From a virus (taxonomy: Duplodnaviria; Caudoviricetes), in the IMG/VR virus record IMGVR_UViG_3300034161_000018, positions 128,001 through 192,000 of that record: a stretch of 64,000 bases of DNA. The stretch is one strand, 5' to 3'. This document shows, in pieces, positions 28,035 to 37,821 of the stretch. Position 1 is the stretch's first letter; every line of letters starts with the position of its first letter. The notes beneath the pieces are model-generated. The model had not been told where the DNA came from. It worked only from the letters and a program-made list of their open reading frames with translations, and made no database searches. The position numbers and the translations under genes were made by a program.

Positions 28035-29072
28035 ATGTTTAAAAACCTGAAACCCAAAGTCGGTGGTTCCGGCGGACAGTACGGCAATGCTCGCAAGCTG
28101 ACTGTTATCGCCTCGCACTTCGGGCGAATCTACCAAGAAACAATGGAAAAAACGATTACTGTTGCGAACGGGCGTGGCCCTGAATTTCGCCCGTCGTCTT
28201 TTCCAATTTGTCCCGTGCTGGCCTACATGCAAATGCGCGATGCGGCGACCTACGGTTCGTTCCGTCAAACCATGAGCGCCAGCGGTGGCTTTTTCACTTC
28301 GGTTGGAACAGCCGCTCACGAAAACATTCAATACTTCCTCGCCGAGTGCGGTAAAACTTTTGGCGATTGGAAATGTTACAACAAGAAATGCGACGCGCAC
28401 AAACGGAGCCGCGATCTTTTCGATGAAGACGGTAACTGCATTCGCAAAGGCAAGTTGACGCGGAAAAATACCGTGAACAACAAATGCCCGAAATGCGGCG
28501 AAGCAATGGAGTACATCGAGAAAGAAGTAAACTACAACGGATTGAAAGGTCACATCGACTGCATCTACCTGATGCCAAGCGGAAAGTATTGGGTAGCGGA
28601 TTACAAAACCTGCACAAAGAATTTGCTGGCCGGTAAGAAGCTGCCGAAGCGCGAACACTTAATGCAGATTCCGACTTACTGCTACGTGCTCGAAAAAGAA
28701 TACGGCATGGAAATCGAAGGGTTTAGCCTTTTGTATTTCAGCCGCGACAATCCTTTCGAGTTCAAAGAGCACGCCGAGCAGTGGGACAAACGCTGGCGTC
28801 TGCGCGTCAAAGATTTGATTGCTCTACAACGCAAGCGCTACAAAAGCGCGGTGCAAGCATTTGCCCAAAAGAAACCGGAACTGGCCGCTGACCAAAAGCC
28901 GTGTTCAATGCCGGATGATTACGAAAAGCAAATGCCCGCGTATGAGCCGTGCCCTATGGAAAAGGTTTGCTTCAATCGCAAAAAGCTTTTGAAGGCTATG
29001 GAGCCGGACTACACAAACAAGCAGCGCATCAAACTTTTGGAGCGTTTGCCAAACAGCGATCTATACGTCTAA
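28035..29072 (+). CDS. Cas4-like PD-(D/E)xK exonuclease
   Basis: RPSSFPICP, GTAAHE, GHID, ADYKT, QIPTY, C-terminal C..CP...C cluster. Confidence 0.8.
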   Translation: MFKNLKPKVGGSGGQYGNARKLTVIASHFGRIYQETMEKTITVANGRGPEFRPSSFPICPVLAYMQMRDAATYGSFRQTMSASGGFFTSVGTAAHENIQYFLAECGKTFGDWKCYNKKCDAHKRSRDLFDEDGNCIRKGKLTRKNTVNNKCPKCGEAMEYIEKEVNYNGLKGHIDCIYLMPSGKYWVADYKTCTKNLLAGKKLPKREHLMQIPTYCYVLEKEYGMEIEGFSLLYFSRDNPFEFKEHAEQWDKRWRLRVKDLIALQRKRYKSAVQAFAQKKPELAADQKPCSMPDDYEKQMPAYEPCPMEKVCFNRKKLLKAMEPDYTNKQRIKLLERLPNSDLYV

Positions 29073-29085
29073 CGGAGTTTCAACA

Positions 29086-29790
29086 ATGAAGATTCAAATC
29101 AAACTGGGCGCGACCACTGCGCTTTCTGGTTCCGTCTACAGCGAACCAGATATGGAAGCGGTCGAACAACTTCTGCCTTCCGATGAAGAACTGGCCGAAC
29201 GCGAAACCGAGAAAGCGGAAAAGGAACGCCGCGAACAGGCCGAGGAAGCCAAGAAGAAAGCGACCGAACAGAAAGACAAGAAAGAAGACAAAGGGCCGGA
29301 AGATAAAGTCGGCGACACAAGCAGCGACGACGAAGAAGATTCGGAAGACGACGAAGATTCCGAAGACGGCGACGAAGAAGATTCGGAAGAAGGTGATGAA
29401 GAAGATGGAGACGAAGAAGAATCCGATGATTCGGATGACTCTGATTCAGACGAAGATGATGAAGCCGAAGAAGACGATGAAGCAACGGCTGCATCGTTTG
29501 AAGACGCAAACATTCTCGGCACTGATGCGCTGGAATCGGAAAATCTGAAACAGGAAGCCGAAGAAAAGGCTACCAAGAAACCGGAAGACATGACGCCGGA
29601 TGAATTGGAAGAATATTTGGCCGAACAGAAAGCCAAAGAGGAAGAAGAAGCCGCGCAGAAAGTCGAAAACGAAAACCCGGATGGTGAAGGCGCCGCAATC
29701 GAAAAACCAGCAGCGCCACCGCCTAGCGCGGCTGTGGCTTCGGCACTCGCAGCACTGGACGATAACCTGCGGCCCACCAGCTTCCTGTAA
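29086..29790 (+). CDS. highly acidic disordered protein
   Basis: GGAG SD; D/E tract; N-terminus MKIQIKLGATT. Confidence 0.8.
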   Translation: MKIQIKLGATTALSGSVYSEPDMEAVEQLLPSDEELAERETEKAEKERREQAEEAKKKATEQKDKKEDKGPEDKVGDTSSDDEEDSEDDEDSEDGDEEDSEEGDEEDGDEEESDDSDDSDSDEDDEAEEDDEATAASFEDANILGTDALESENLKQEAEEKATKKPEDMTPDELEEYLAEQKAKEEEEAAQKVENENPDGEGAAIEKPAAPPPSAAVASALAALDDNLRPTSFL

Positions 29791-29798
29791 ACTGTAAA
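29789..29798 (+). promoter_or_regulatory. AAACTGTAAA motif (tandem CTGTAAACTGTAAAC) upstream of gyrB
   Basis: Exact copy, 77 nt upstream of GTG 29876. Confidence 0.65.
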
Positions 29799-29875
29799 CT
29801 CAGGTCATACCGGCAGTGGGCTGGTTTCAATCGGCCCATTCCAAACTTTACGAAAGCCCGACTGGAGTTGTTTAC

Positions 29876-31867
29876 GTGGCTAAGGCAAAAGCAACCGAAG
29901 AAAAAGTGTCGAAGTCGAAAGCGAAGAAGTACGACGAAGACAGCATCGAGGCGCTAAAATTTCCGGAAAACGTTCGGAAAAAATCTGGCATGTACCTCGG
30001 CGAGAAAGGGCCAGAAATGGTTCGACGCTCGCTCAAAGAATTGACGGACAACGCAATCGACGAAGCGCTGGCCGGTCGCAACAACTATGTGGAAACCGTA
30101 ATCAACCACGCCAAAAACGAATACATCGTTGCGGACGCTGGCGCCGGTGTTCCGGTCGGTATGCACAAAACCGAAAAAGTTCCAACGATTGAACTGGTGT
30201 TTGCGGCCCTGCATGCTGGCGGGAAGTTTGACGACAACGCATACAAAACTTCCTCCGGTACTCACGGCCTCGGTGCAGCATGCACAAACGCAACATCCGA
30301 ATATTTCGCAGTGTGGACAAAGCGCGACGGCGTATGGTACAGCATTGTTTGGCAGGAGGGTCTGCGGACTCAGAAGCTGAAAGAAGTGAAGGCGCCGCCG
30401 AAAGAAATCATGGAGCGTCTGCAACGGAAAGCGAAAGATTACGGGACGATCATTCTGTTCCGACCGGATCAGAAAGTTGTGAGTGCCGATGCGAAGTTTC
30501 CGAAACCTTTGTCGAAAGGCGCAGCGGTTGCCCTGCTTGACGTAAAAACCTACGTCAACTGGACGCGGATGATTGCGCTGTTGAACGTCAACCTCGAAAT
30601 GGTCACGACGTTTGAAGACAAAAACAAAACCGTTCGCTTCCACAACAAAAAAGGTTTGGAGGCGGTGGTCGAACACGTCCTCAAACAAAACGAACTGGAT
30701 GCGAAAGGCAAACCGTTCATTCTGCAAACTGGCAGTCTCGACATTGCAGTGCAGTGGTCGAACTATGAAGAACTCGATCATCTGAAATCGTATGTGAACT
30801 GCGGCCTGACTCGCGACGGCGGCAAACACCTCGACGGTTTCCGGAACGCATTGGGCCGGGCGATCAACAAACACAAAGGCAAATCCGACAAGTTCTCCAC
30901 CGTCGATTGCATGTACGGTTTGATCGGTGTCATCAACTACAAAATGTCCGGCGCAGAATTCAGCAGCCAGACCAAAGACCGCCTTACTTCCAACGTGTCG
31001 AAAGATGTTGAAGAAGTTGTGGTCAAAGCTTTTGAAGAATTCTTCGACAAAAACAAAACGCTGGTCAAGACGATCATCAAACAGGCCAACGCAATCGGCA
31101 AAGGCCGTGAGAGTTTGGCGAAAGCAATGAAGGCAATCGCTGGCGCCAAGAAAGGTGGCCGGTCGAACGCCACGCCTGACTGCCTGATTTCGTCGGAAAC
31201 CAAAAACCCCGAAGAACGCGAAATGTTCGTGGTGGAAGGGGACTCGGCGGCGGGCCAGTCGAAGATTGCGCGCTTCCCAATGTACCAAGAGATTTTCAAA
31301 CTGACCGGTAAGCCAGCCAACGCAACTTGTTTGCCGCTGCCGAAAGTTTTGGAAATGAAGGCGTTGCAAAACCTGATTATCGCGCTCGGCATCAACCCGA
31401 ACTCGATGGACTTGTCCAAAGAGGATATGTCGAAAATGACATTCAGTGCGAAAGACCTTCGCATTGGTTCTCTCTTTGTTCTGGCGGACGCCGACGTTGA
31501 CGGAAAGCACATCACTTGTTTGACGCTCGCTCTGATCTGGCGCATGTGTCCAGACCTGATCCGAAACGGCAAAGTGTTTATCGTTGACGCCCCGCTGTTC
31601 AACATTTTCTGGAACAACAAACGTTACTTCGGCCCGACGCACGAAGCAGTTGCCGCACAGCTTCCGAAAGGCGCACCGACCAATATGATTTCCCGCGCCA
31701 AAGGTTGGGGTGAAATCAGCGCGGATATGTTGCGCTACGTTGCGTTCGATCCGAAAACTCGCCGCGTGCTGCGCGTCATGCCGCCAAAGACTGCGGACTC
31801 GGAAGAATATTTCCGTTCCCTGATGGGCGAGCAAGCGTCTGTCCGTCGCGAACTGTTGGGCCTCTGA
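29876..31867 (+). CDS. gyrB: type IIA topoisomerase B subunit (GyrB/ParE-like)
   Basis: ENVRKKSGMYLG, LTDNAIDE, LHAGGKF, SGTHGLG, VEGDSA, ADADVDG; GTG start after GGAG. Confidence 0.95.
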   Translation: MAKAKATEEKVSKSKAKKYDEDSIEALKFPENVRKKSGMYLGEKGPEMVRRSLKELTDNAIDEALAGRNNYVETVINHAKNEYIVADAGAGVPVGMHKTEKVPTIELVFAALHAGGKFDDNAYKTSSGTHGLGAACTNATSEYFAVWTKRDGVWYSIVWQEGLRTQKLKEVKAPPKEIMERLQRKAKDYGTIILFRPDQKVVSADAKFPKPLSKGAAVALLDVKTYVNWTRMIALLNVNLEMVTTFEDKNKTVRFHNKKGLEAVVEHVLKQNELDAKGKPFILQTGSLDIAVQWSNYEELDHLKSYVNCGLTRDGGKHLDGFRNALGRAINKHKGKSDKFSTVDCMYGLIGVINYKMSGAEFSSQTKDRLTSNVSKDVEEVVVKAFEEFFDKNKTLVKTIIKQANAIGKGRESLAKAMKAIAGAKKGGRSNATPDCLISSETKNPEEREMFVVEGDSAAGQSKIARFPMYQEIFKLTGKPANATCLPLPKVLEMKALQNLIIALGINPNSMDLSKEDMSKMTFSAKDLRIGSLFVLADADVDGKHITCLTLALIWRMCPDLIRNGKVFIVDAPLFNIFWNNKRYFGPTHEAVAAQLPKGAPTNMISRAKGWGEISADMLRYVAFDPKTRRVLRVMPPKTADSEEYFRSLMGEQASVRRELLGL

Positions 31868-31873
31868 AAATAA

Positions 31874-32341
31874 ATGGCCTACGTGTCCGGAACGTGTAGC
31901 GTCATTAAGCAAAAGGGAATCGTGGGTCTGGCTGAACACGGTTCCTCTTTTCTTTCTGGCAAGCAAACAATTCAAACGCCAAACGGTTTCGTGAAAGCCG
32001 ACATTCACATCCTCGGTTACGGGATGGATTGTTTGGAATATCGACTCCGCATTCTCGACGGCCCGCGTGCCGGTAAGGAAGTGAAGCTGCGGTGTTCGCC
32101 CGCGCTGGAATTCGCCAGCACTCAAGGGCCAATGTTTCCCGCTGCCCCAAACAGAACGTTTGCAGGAATGTATTTCGTTGACGACGTGATGATCCAAACC
32201 AAGGTCATCATTTCAAAAGTCGGCGAAGCAAAATGCAAACATCATTATTGCTATACGTTTGACGAAGGCACGTATCTGATCGGCGCAGGTTCCGACCCGC
32301 TGTTTCTGTCCGTGCATTTCCCGAAGGAGAGCACACAATGA
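31874..32341 (+). CDS. hypothetical protein
   Basis: 155-aa ORF following gyrB. Confidence 0.7.
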   Translation: MAYVSGTCSVIKQKGIVGLAEHGSSFLSGKQTIQTPNGFVKADIHILGYGMDCLEYRLRILDGPRAGKEVKLRCSPALEFASTQGPMFPAAPNRTFAGMYFVDDVMIQTKVIISKVGEAKCKHHYCYTFDEGTYLIGAGSDPLFLSVHFPKESTQ

Positions 32342-32847
32342 TTTATGTGTTTAATCCAATCCCCGGTTTGGAATTCAACGCGCTGGTCTATTGCTTGATG
32401 CGGTCATGGCATTTGCCAGACTTGCCGGGCATTGGTGACGTGGATAAATGGTTTAAGGTTCCGGCTGTGAAAATCGGCCCGGTCTACAACCTGATTAATT
32501 CCAACTTTGATTTCACCGCGCTGATGATGCTCGACGTGGAAGGCCGTTTGGTCAAATCGCATCGGGTGAACCTCAACCTCGCTCCACAAATCGAGGGTTA
32601 CGAACTGGAAAGTTTGCAGCGCGAAGCCTTCGACATTCCGTTGTGGGAATCGGTGAACGAAAAAGAATTCCCGTATGCGTCGATGTTTGACTCTACGCGA
32701 ATCAGCCAGCGATTCGTCGCAACCGGCGCGCAACAAAACCAGCAGGCAATGCTGGCAAGTTCCAGCAGCAACATCACCTATAACGCGATTCGGGAACGGG
32801 TAAAACCGAAGCCATGTAATTGCGGAAAGGGACGCACCGAAGTTTGA
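32338..32847 (+). CDS. hypothetical protein
   Basis: ATGA overlap, GGAG SD. Confidence 0.75.
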   Translation: MIYVFNPIPGLEFNALVYCLMRSWHLPDLPGIGDVDKWFKVPAVKIGPVYNLINSNFDFTALMMLDVEGRLVKSHRVNLNLAPQIEGYELESLQREAFDIPLWESVNEKEFPYASMFDSTRISQRFVATGAQQNQQAMLASSSSNITYNAIRERVKPKPCNCGKGRTEV

Positions 32848-32849
32848 CG

Positions 32850-32883
32850 AAAGGGGAGCCATTGCGGTTCCCCTTTTTCGTTT
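32850..32883 (+). terminator. Rho-independent terminator
   Basis: AAAGGGGAGCC-ATTGC-GGTTCCCCTTTTT. Confidence 0.8.
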
Positions 32884-32893
32884 CCGGATTCAG

Positions 32894-33006
32894 AACTTCC
32901 AGTAACCCAGCAGGGTAACGCCTTCCATTTCAAGGGCCGTGTGGTAAAATATCCAAGCTGAGAGAAACCTACCCTGACGTTTAACACTTACGGTTTAGTG
33001 GAAGTT
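32894..33006 (+). promoter_or_regulatory. inverted-repeat-flanked sigma70 promoter cassette, copy 1
   Basis: Inverted box 32894-32916; extended -10 TGG-TAAAAT (hexamer 32945-32950), weak -35; direct box ACACTTACGGTTTAGTGGAAGTT 32984-33006. Confidence 0.75.
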
Positions 33007-33039
33007 TCTCAACCCTTTGAAATGTTTGGAGACACCACA

Positions 33040-33474
33040 ATGGAAAAGAGTTTCGCAAACGACGTACCGCTCAAAATCGAAATCGAGGATTCGTCCGAAG
33101 AATACGAACTCCCGAAATACGCGTGCCGGTTTCTTCTGTCGGTAATGAGGCACGCAAACGCTTCGGTCAATATGGACGTGGCCCGCAACGCTTTGGATCG
33201 TGCTGATCGTATTGGTTACGAAGGTTTCCGTTCCGTCGAACCAAACACGCGGCTGTTTCTGCGCGACGACATTGATTTGCCCGGTCTGCTCTATCAAGTC
33301 CGGCGCCACTTCGACAAACTGTTTGAGGAACGCGACGACAAACTTTTTGTCGATGAAAAGAATGCACGCACTGCCTCCGAACTCGACCACTGCCTGATCC
33401 TGATTAAAGTTTTGTCGCGGGCGATTATGTACGGTCGCTCTATCAACATTGTTTACAACAAACCGCATGCTTGA
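33040..33474 (+). CDS. hypothetical protein
   Basis: GGAG SD before ATG 33040. Confidence 0.75.
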   Translation: MEKSFANDVPLKIEIEDSSEEYELPKYACRFLLSVMRHANASVNMDVARNALDRADRIGYEGFRSVEPNTRLFLRDDIDLPGLLYQVRRHFDKLFEERDDKLFVDEKNARTASELDHCLILIKVLSRAIMYGRSINIVYNKPHA

Positions 33475-33484
33475 GGGAACCAAC

Positions 33485-34177
33485 ATGAAAAAGAAATCTA
33501 CAAACGCTCACAGCTTTTCCCTTCTGGTTCACGTTCGGGCCGTTGGGAAAACCAAACGCATTGCCCAGCGCGAAGTGAAAGACCTTGCGAAACGCATTCG
33601 TAATATGGAAGCGGGCGGTTTCAGTCCAGTGCATGGCGACACCGGCTATTCTGTTTCCAGTGTTGAAGCGTGGCCGAAAGCCAATCACGTTTCCGCCGAA
33701 CGAATCGCCCAAGAAGAAATCCGAATCAGCGGCGTTTTCGATTTGAAAAACATGCTGGCGACTGGAGTGTTTGAAGACCAGTCCACCGCTGACGTGGAAA
33801 ATCTTTTCGATTGGCTGGCCGCAAACTCGCCGGGCAACCCGAAAGCATTCCTGCCGGAGTTTCTGCGCGAACAGTTGGAACCGTTCTCCGATCACATCGC
33901 CCAGCATTTCACGGTCGCGGAAATCGAACGGGAAACAATGTCTAAGCGCTACACCAATCGGGAAGTTTACGAAAACGCCGCCAAGGATTTTACGAATCCA
34001 GACTTTGCGGTGTTTGTTCGGATCGACACCCCGATTCGCATGTACCGCCCCGATGGGGAATACGAAGCAAGCTGGGGATACTCGCGTGGCCTGTACGGTT
34101 TCGGCGCCGATTACGAAAGCGCTTTGCGTCAAGCGTACCAAACTGTCATGGCGATGCGTGAACTTCGCCTGATCTGA
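33485..34177 (+). CDS. hypothetical protein
   Basis: GAGGG SD before ATG 33485. Confidence 0.75.
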   Translation: MKKKSTNAHSFSLLVHVRAVGKTKRIAQREVKDLAKRIRNMEAGGFSPVHGDTGYSVSSVEAWPKANHVSAERIAQEEIRISGVFDLKNMLATGVFEDQSTADVENLFDWLAANSPGNPKAFLPEFLREQLEPFSDHIAQHFTVAEIERETMSKRYTNREVYENAAKDFTNPDFAVFVRIDTPIRMYRPDGEYEASWGYSRGLYGFGADYESALRQAYQTVMAMRELRLI

Positions 34178-34218
34178 AAAATGTAAATAGTCTATAGCTA
34201 GTTGACCTCGGGTTTAAG

Positions 34219-34851
34219 ATGAAATCGAAAAGTATCAAAGCAGAAAAGTACGACGCCGAAGGCGCTGTGACTGTAATGGAAATCGCGTTCTACACTCACG
34301 GCAACCTGAACTCGTTGGAAGAAATGCGGGCGGGTAACGCGGCTGTTATCCGCACCGGTCAATATCTGATCGACCACAAACGCATTTCGCGTGGCCTGAA
34401 TGTTTACGTTGAAGCGATTCAAAAGGCGCCGAGTCCAATCGCAATCGTGACCGAAGCAATGGCGCAGTATCATGCGAACCGTGCCGAGGAAATCTTTGCA
34501 GCGATGGAAGCGGAACGCCTTGCGAATCCTCAACCGGAACCGGTCAAGAAGAAAAGGAAAAAGAAGAAAGCGGCGGTCGAAGTCGATCCAAACAAACCGC
34601 TGACCAATGCAGGCGTTTCCTTTATGAAGGAGGCGCTGAAATTGAAACAGGAGAAAATCGAAAAGAAGCGCAAAGAGCGTGTGGCCCGAATCGGTAAAGC
34701 TGGTCATCACGCGGATAGCCAAGCGGCTAAAGAAATTCATGGGAACGATGATTACATTATCATCGACGAAGCGCACATCGAAGTCGTCGGTACTTCCTCT
34801 TTCTCAAATATTCTCAAAACCGTAATGCCTCCAGCGCAGGTTCTCCAATGA
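34219..34851 (+). CDS. hypothetical basic protein
   Basis: 210 aa with KKKRKKKK tract. Confidence 0.7.
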   Translation: MKSKSIKAEKYDAEGAVTVMEIAFYTHGNLNSLEEMRAGNAAVIRTGQYLIDHKRISRGLNVYVEAIQKAPSPIAIVTEAMAQYHANRAEEIFAAMEAERLANPQPEPVKKKRKKKKAAVEVDPNKPLTNAGVSFMKEALKLKQEKIEKKRKERVARIGKAGHHADSQAAKEIHGNDDYIIIDEAHIEVVGTSSFSNILKTVMPPAQVLQ

Positions 34852-35483
34852 ACAAAACTTTTATCGGGCAAGACCCGTTAGCGCCAAACTGGTTTTTCCA
34901 AATCTACCTCGACCCGCAATTCAGTCGGTCGTGGCACACTCACATTGCCACCGTGACGTGCGGTTCGGCAATGGAGCGATGGAGTTTCCAGCTTCACGAA
35001 ATCAAAGTGCCGGAAGGCATGCCCGACCATATGAAAAAGTTTGCCGAACAGGCACGCGCTCTTTTCAGTTCGGAGATTCCCCACGCCGACACGCTGGAGA
35101 AATCCGAAGCGTTCTGCAAGTTGGTTGACGGCGTGGTGAAGAAAAACAAAATGGTGTTGGTGACGAACAACGGGCGCGAGTACACCCACAATGCCCCGTT
35201 CAACTTTTCGTTCCGGCACTTCGGCAATCTGTTTGTGTTCCAGCCTGACCACGAACACGCAAACAATTTCGGCCTGACCTTTTCCGGTCGCTTGCATCTG
35301 GACACGCATCAAGTCGGATACAACGACGATCCGTACATGGCGTTGCCGTCTGTTTTGCAATTGTTTACCCGCACCATCCGCAAGAAAACCGTTTTACATG
35401 CGCAGCTTGCGCAACTGAGTCCGACCCAAAAGCCGAACCACCCACCGGCATTCCAAAACATTTTCCAAATGGAGTACAAATGA
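34848..35483 (+). CDS. hypothetical protein
   Basis: ATGA overlap. Confidence 0.75.
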   Translation: MNKTFIGQDPLAPNWFFQIYLDPQFSRSWHTHIATVTCGSAMERWSFQLHEIKVPEGMPDHMKKFAEQARALFSSEIPHADTLEKSEAFCKLVDGVVKKNKMVLVTNNGREYTHNAPFNFSFRHFGNLFVFQPDHEHANNFGLTFSGRLHLDTHQVGYNDDPYMALPSVLQLFTRTIRKKTVLHAQLAQLSPTQKPNHPPAFQNIFQMEYK

Positions 35484-36043
35484 TGAACGCAGCCCAACAA
35501 AAGCAAGTTGATTTCTCCCGTCGCCCTGAGCCGCTGGACGCACTGAACCCGGCTGGCTGCTACATCACGCCGCTGCGCGAATATCCGCAAACGTCGATGG
35601 ACAAACAAACGTCGCAAATTTTCATGGCAATGTCCCTGAACTTCGCCGACGAAACCAACGTCAACGCCACCGGTCTGCGCGCCGATCTGGAAAAGCAATT
35701 CCCGTACAAAGTTTTGGAAGCGCGCCTGAAAGCGTTTGACCTCGACGTGGCGTTCAACGTGAAAGCTTTTATCGCAATCAGCTTTCCGTCACCGGGCAAA
35801 CTGATTCTGTTCGTGCATTCGATCTACCACTCGCAGCGCCGCAAGGCCGGTCAGCAATACAGCATGACCGATTTCTCTTACGACTTCGCACTGGGTTTCC
35901 CTGACGAACAAGTTATGGAATTCGCGTGGGACGCACAGAAAATCAAACAAGGCGACAACGGTATCGACCTTGAATACGTTTTCAAAGCGACCAAAGAAAA
36001 CCCGTACATCGAGCCAGTCAAGCCGGGCACTGTAGAAGCGTAA
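35480..36043 (+). CDS. hypothetical protein
   Basis: ATGA overlap, GGAG SD. Confidence 0.75.
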   Translation: MMNAAQQKQVDFSRRPEPLDALNPAGCYITPLREYPQTSMDKQTSQIFMAMSLNFADETNVNATGLRADLEKQFPYKVLEARLKAFDLDVAFNVKAFIAISFPSPGKLILFVHSIYHSQRRKAGQQYSMTDFSYDFALGFPDEQVMEFAWDAQKIKQGDNGIDLEYVFKATKENPYIEPVKPGTVEA

Positions 36044-36111
36044 CGCAAAACGGAAACTTTGCGACCCGTTTGCAGAATTTAAGAGAAAGCCATTACAGAA
36101 GGAATTGCGTT

Positions 36112-36594
36112 ATGAGATTCCAGCTAGCGAAAGTTCGTCCTCGCTCCGCATGGTATGAACAGAAGGTGCCGCATCCGTTTCTGCGCGCCGTTTCCTTTGT
36201 TCCAACTTTCTCAGACGGTACACTGCCCGCTGCTTTGCTTTCTTTTATGAATGCGCGGGATCGCAAGGTTTTCGGAACTGTAAAGATTAACCAGATGGAA
36301 GTAGGCTATCTGGTTCGCGAAACTCAGGTGGCTGAACTGACCGAGTTTCTGTTTGAACAGAAAGCGTTGAAAGCACTCGCAAACAAATCAATCATTTGCT
36401 TTGTGATCGAGGAAGGAAAGGAATGTTTCTTTTACAACGTGAAGTCTGGCCGTGACCTTTTGGAAACGACGCTACCGGCTTCACTCAAAGCATTCCGGAT
36501 GAATCGACGGCCAGTGCGACCGACCTTAATGAATCTGCTGGACATTCTTTGCGCCGAGCCGCAAACGAAACTTTATCCAGCCTACCCGGATTGA
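36112..36594 (+). CDS. hypothetical protein
   Basis: AAGGA SD before ATG 36112. Confidence 0.65.
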   Translation: MRFQLAKVRPRSAWYEQKVPHPFLRAVSFVPTFSDGTLPAALLSFMNARDRKVFGTVKINQMEVGYLVRETQVAELTEFLFEQKALKALANKSIICFVIEEGKECFFYNVKSGRDLLETTLPASLKAFRMNRRPVRPTLMNLLDILCAEPQTKLYPAYPD

Positions 36595-36597
36595 TCC

Positions 36598-37455
36598 ATG
36601 ACCCTTTTGACTGTTGACGGAAGCAACGCAATCTATCGCGCCCACCATGCAGTCCCCCCTATGGACTACAAAGGCACGCCGACGAATGCGGTTGTTGGCT
36701 TCATGAGAATTGTAAAGAGTAATTTGAGATTAACGGAAGCGACACACTGCGCCGTTACTTTCGACTTGCCCGGTAAAAACTTTCGGCACGAACTGTTTGC
36801 GGAATACAAGCAAGGCCGCGAAAAGAAACCGGAAGTAGAAGCCGCGTTAAAGATTCAGATTCCAATCATTGCTGACCTGTGCCGCGCTTGCGGACTCCGA
36901 ATGGTCGGCAAAAAGAATATCGAAGGTGACGATCTAATCGGAACCTTGGCTGTACGCTACGCAATGTTGTTCGACCTGCCTTCGCACATTCTGTCGAGCG
37001 ACAAAGACTTTGCTGCGATGATGGCGAAACACAAAAAGATTTGCCTAATTAATCCAGCAAAGGGCGGGATCATTCGACGCAAAGACGTTCCCGAATTGTT
37101 TGGCGTGAAGCCGAGCCAAATGGTTGACTACCTAATGCTTGAAGGCGACGACGTGGACAACATCCCCGGCGTTGACGGCGTTGGGATTGTCACCGCCCGA
37201 AAAATGTTGGCGGCGCACAAGCGCGTTGAAGACGTTCCGATTGAAATGTTTCCGAAGAAGTGGCGCGACCCGGCTGCCTTCAAACAGTTGCAGAAACAAT
37301 TCAAACTGACCCGCAAGCTTGTGACCATTCGCACCGACGTGATCGACCTCGACGTTCGGAAACTGGAACGCCAGCCAACCGACAAAGAATGGCTCAAAGA
37401 AATCTGCAACGAATTCGGTTTGAAACGTTTGTATTCGGAACTGCTCAGCATGTAG
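36598..37455 (+). CDS. 5'-3' exonuclease / flap endonuclease (Pol I 5'-nuclease family)
   Basis: VDGSNAIYRAHHA, FRHELFAEYKQGR, EGDDLIGTLA, SSDKDF, GDDVDNIPGVDGVG. Confidence 0.92.
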   Translation: MTLLTVDGSNAIYRAHHAVPPMDYKGTPTNAVVGFMRIVKSNLRLTEATHCAVTFDLPGKNFRHELFAEYKQGREKKPEVEAALKIQIPIIADLCRACGLRMVGKKNIEGDDLIGTLAVRYAMLFDLPSHILSSDKDFAAMMAKHKKICLINPAKGGIIRRKDVPELFGVKPSQMVDYLMLEGDDVDNIPGVDGVGIVTARKMLAAHKRVEDVPIEMFPKKWRDPAAFKQLQKQFKLTRKLVTIRTDVIDLDVRKLERQPTDKEWLKEICNEFGLKRLYSELLSM

Positions 37456-37471
37456 CTAGGCGCCCGGATCA

Positions 37472-37599
37472 AAACTGTAAACAAACCCTGTAGGGAAACG
37501 GAAAATGTTTCAATCGTTTCCCGAATCGAATTATAGGAAGCTGTAGCAGGCACCGGACAGAAACTGTAAACCCGGTAAGTGTTCACGGCAAACTGTAAA
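37472..37599 (+). promoter_or_regulatory. cluster of three AAACTGTAAA motifs (37472, 37561, 37590)
   Basis: Three exact copies in 128 bp of intergenic DNA. Confidence 0.7.
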
Positions 37600-37602
37600 C
37601 GG

Positions 37603-37715
37603 AACCTAAGCTAAACCGTAAGCGTTACGTTTGACCATTCTCACCCGATTGGTTACAATGAGTCTCCTAGCGCAGCTTATGCCTACGGACTGACACTTAC
37701 GACTTAGTGGAAGTT
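37603..37715 (+). promoter_or_regulatory. inverted-repeat-flanked sigma70 promoter cassette, copy 2
   Basis: Inverted box 37603-37625; TTGACC 37631-36, 17 bp, TACAAT 37654-59; direct box ACACTTACGACTTAGTGGAAGTT 37693-37715. Confidence 0.85.
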
Positions 37716-37744
37716 CCCCGGTTACGGAATCAACCCCGCGACCA

Positions 37745-37754
37745 AAACTGTAAA
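37745..37754 (+). promoter_or_regulatory. AAACTGTAAA motif
   Basis: Exact copy, 67 nt upstream of ATG 37822. Confidence 0.65.
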
Positions 37755-37821
37755 CCCTATTCAGTCCACTACGGACGAACCCCGGCAACTAATGCCATTC
37801 ATGAAAAAAGGAAATACCGCT

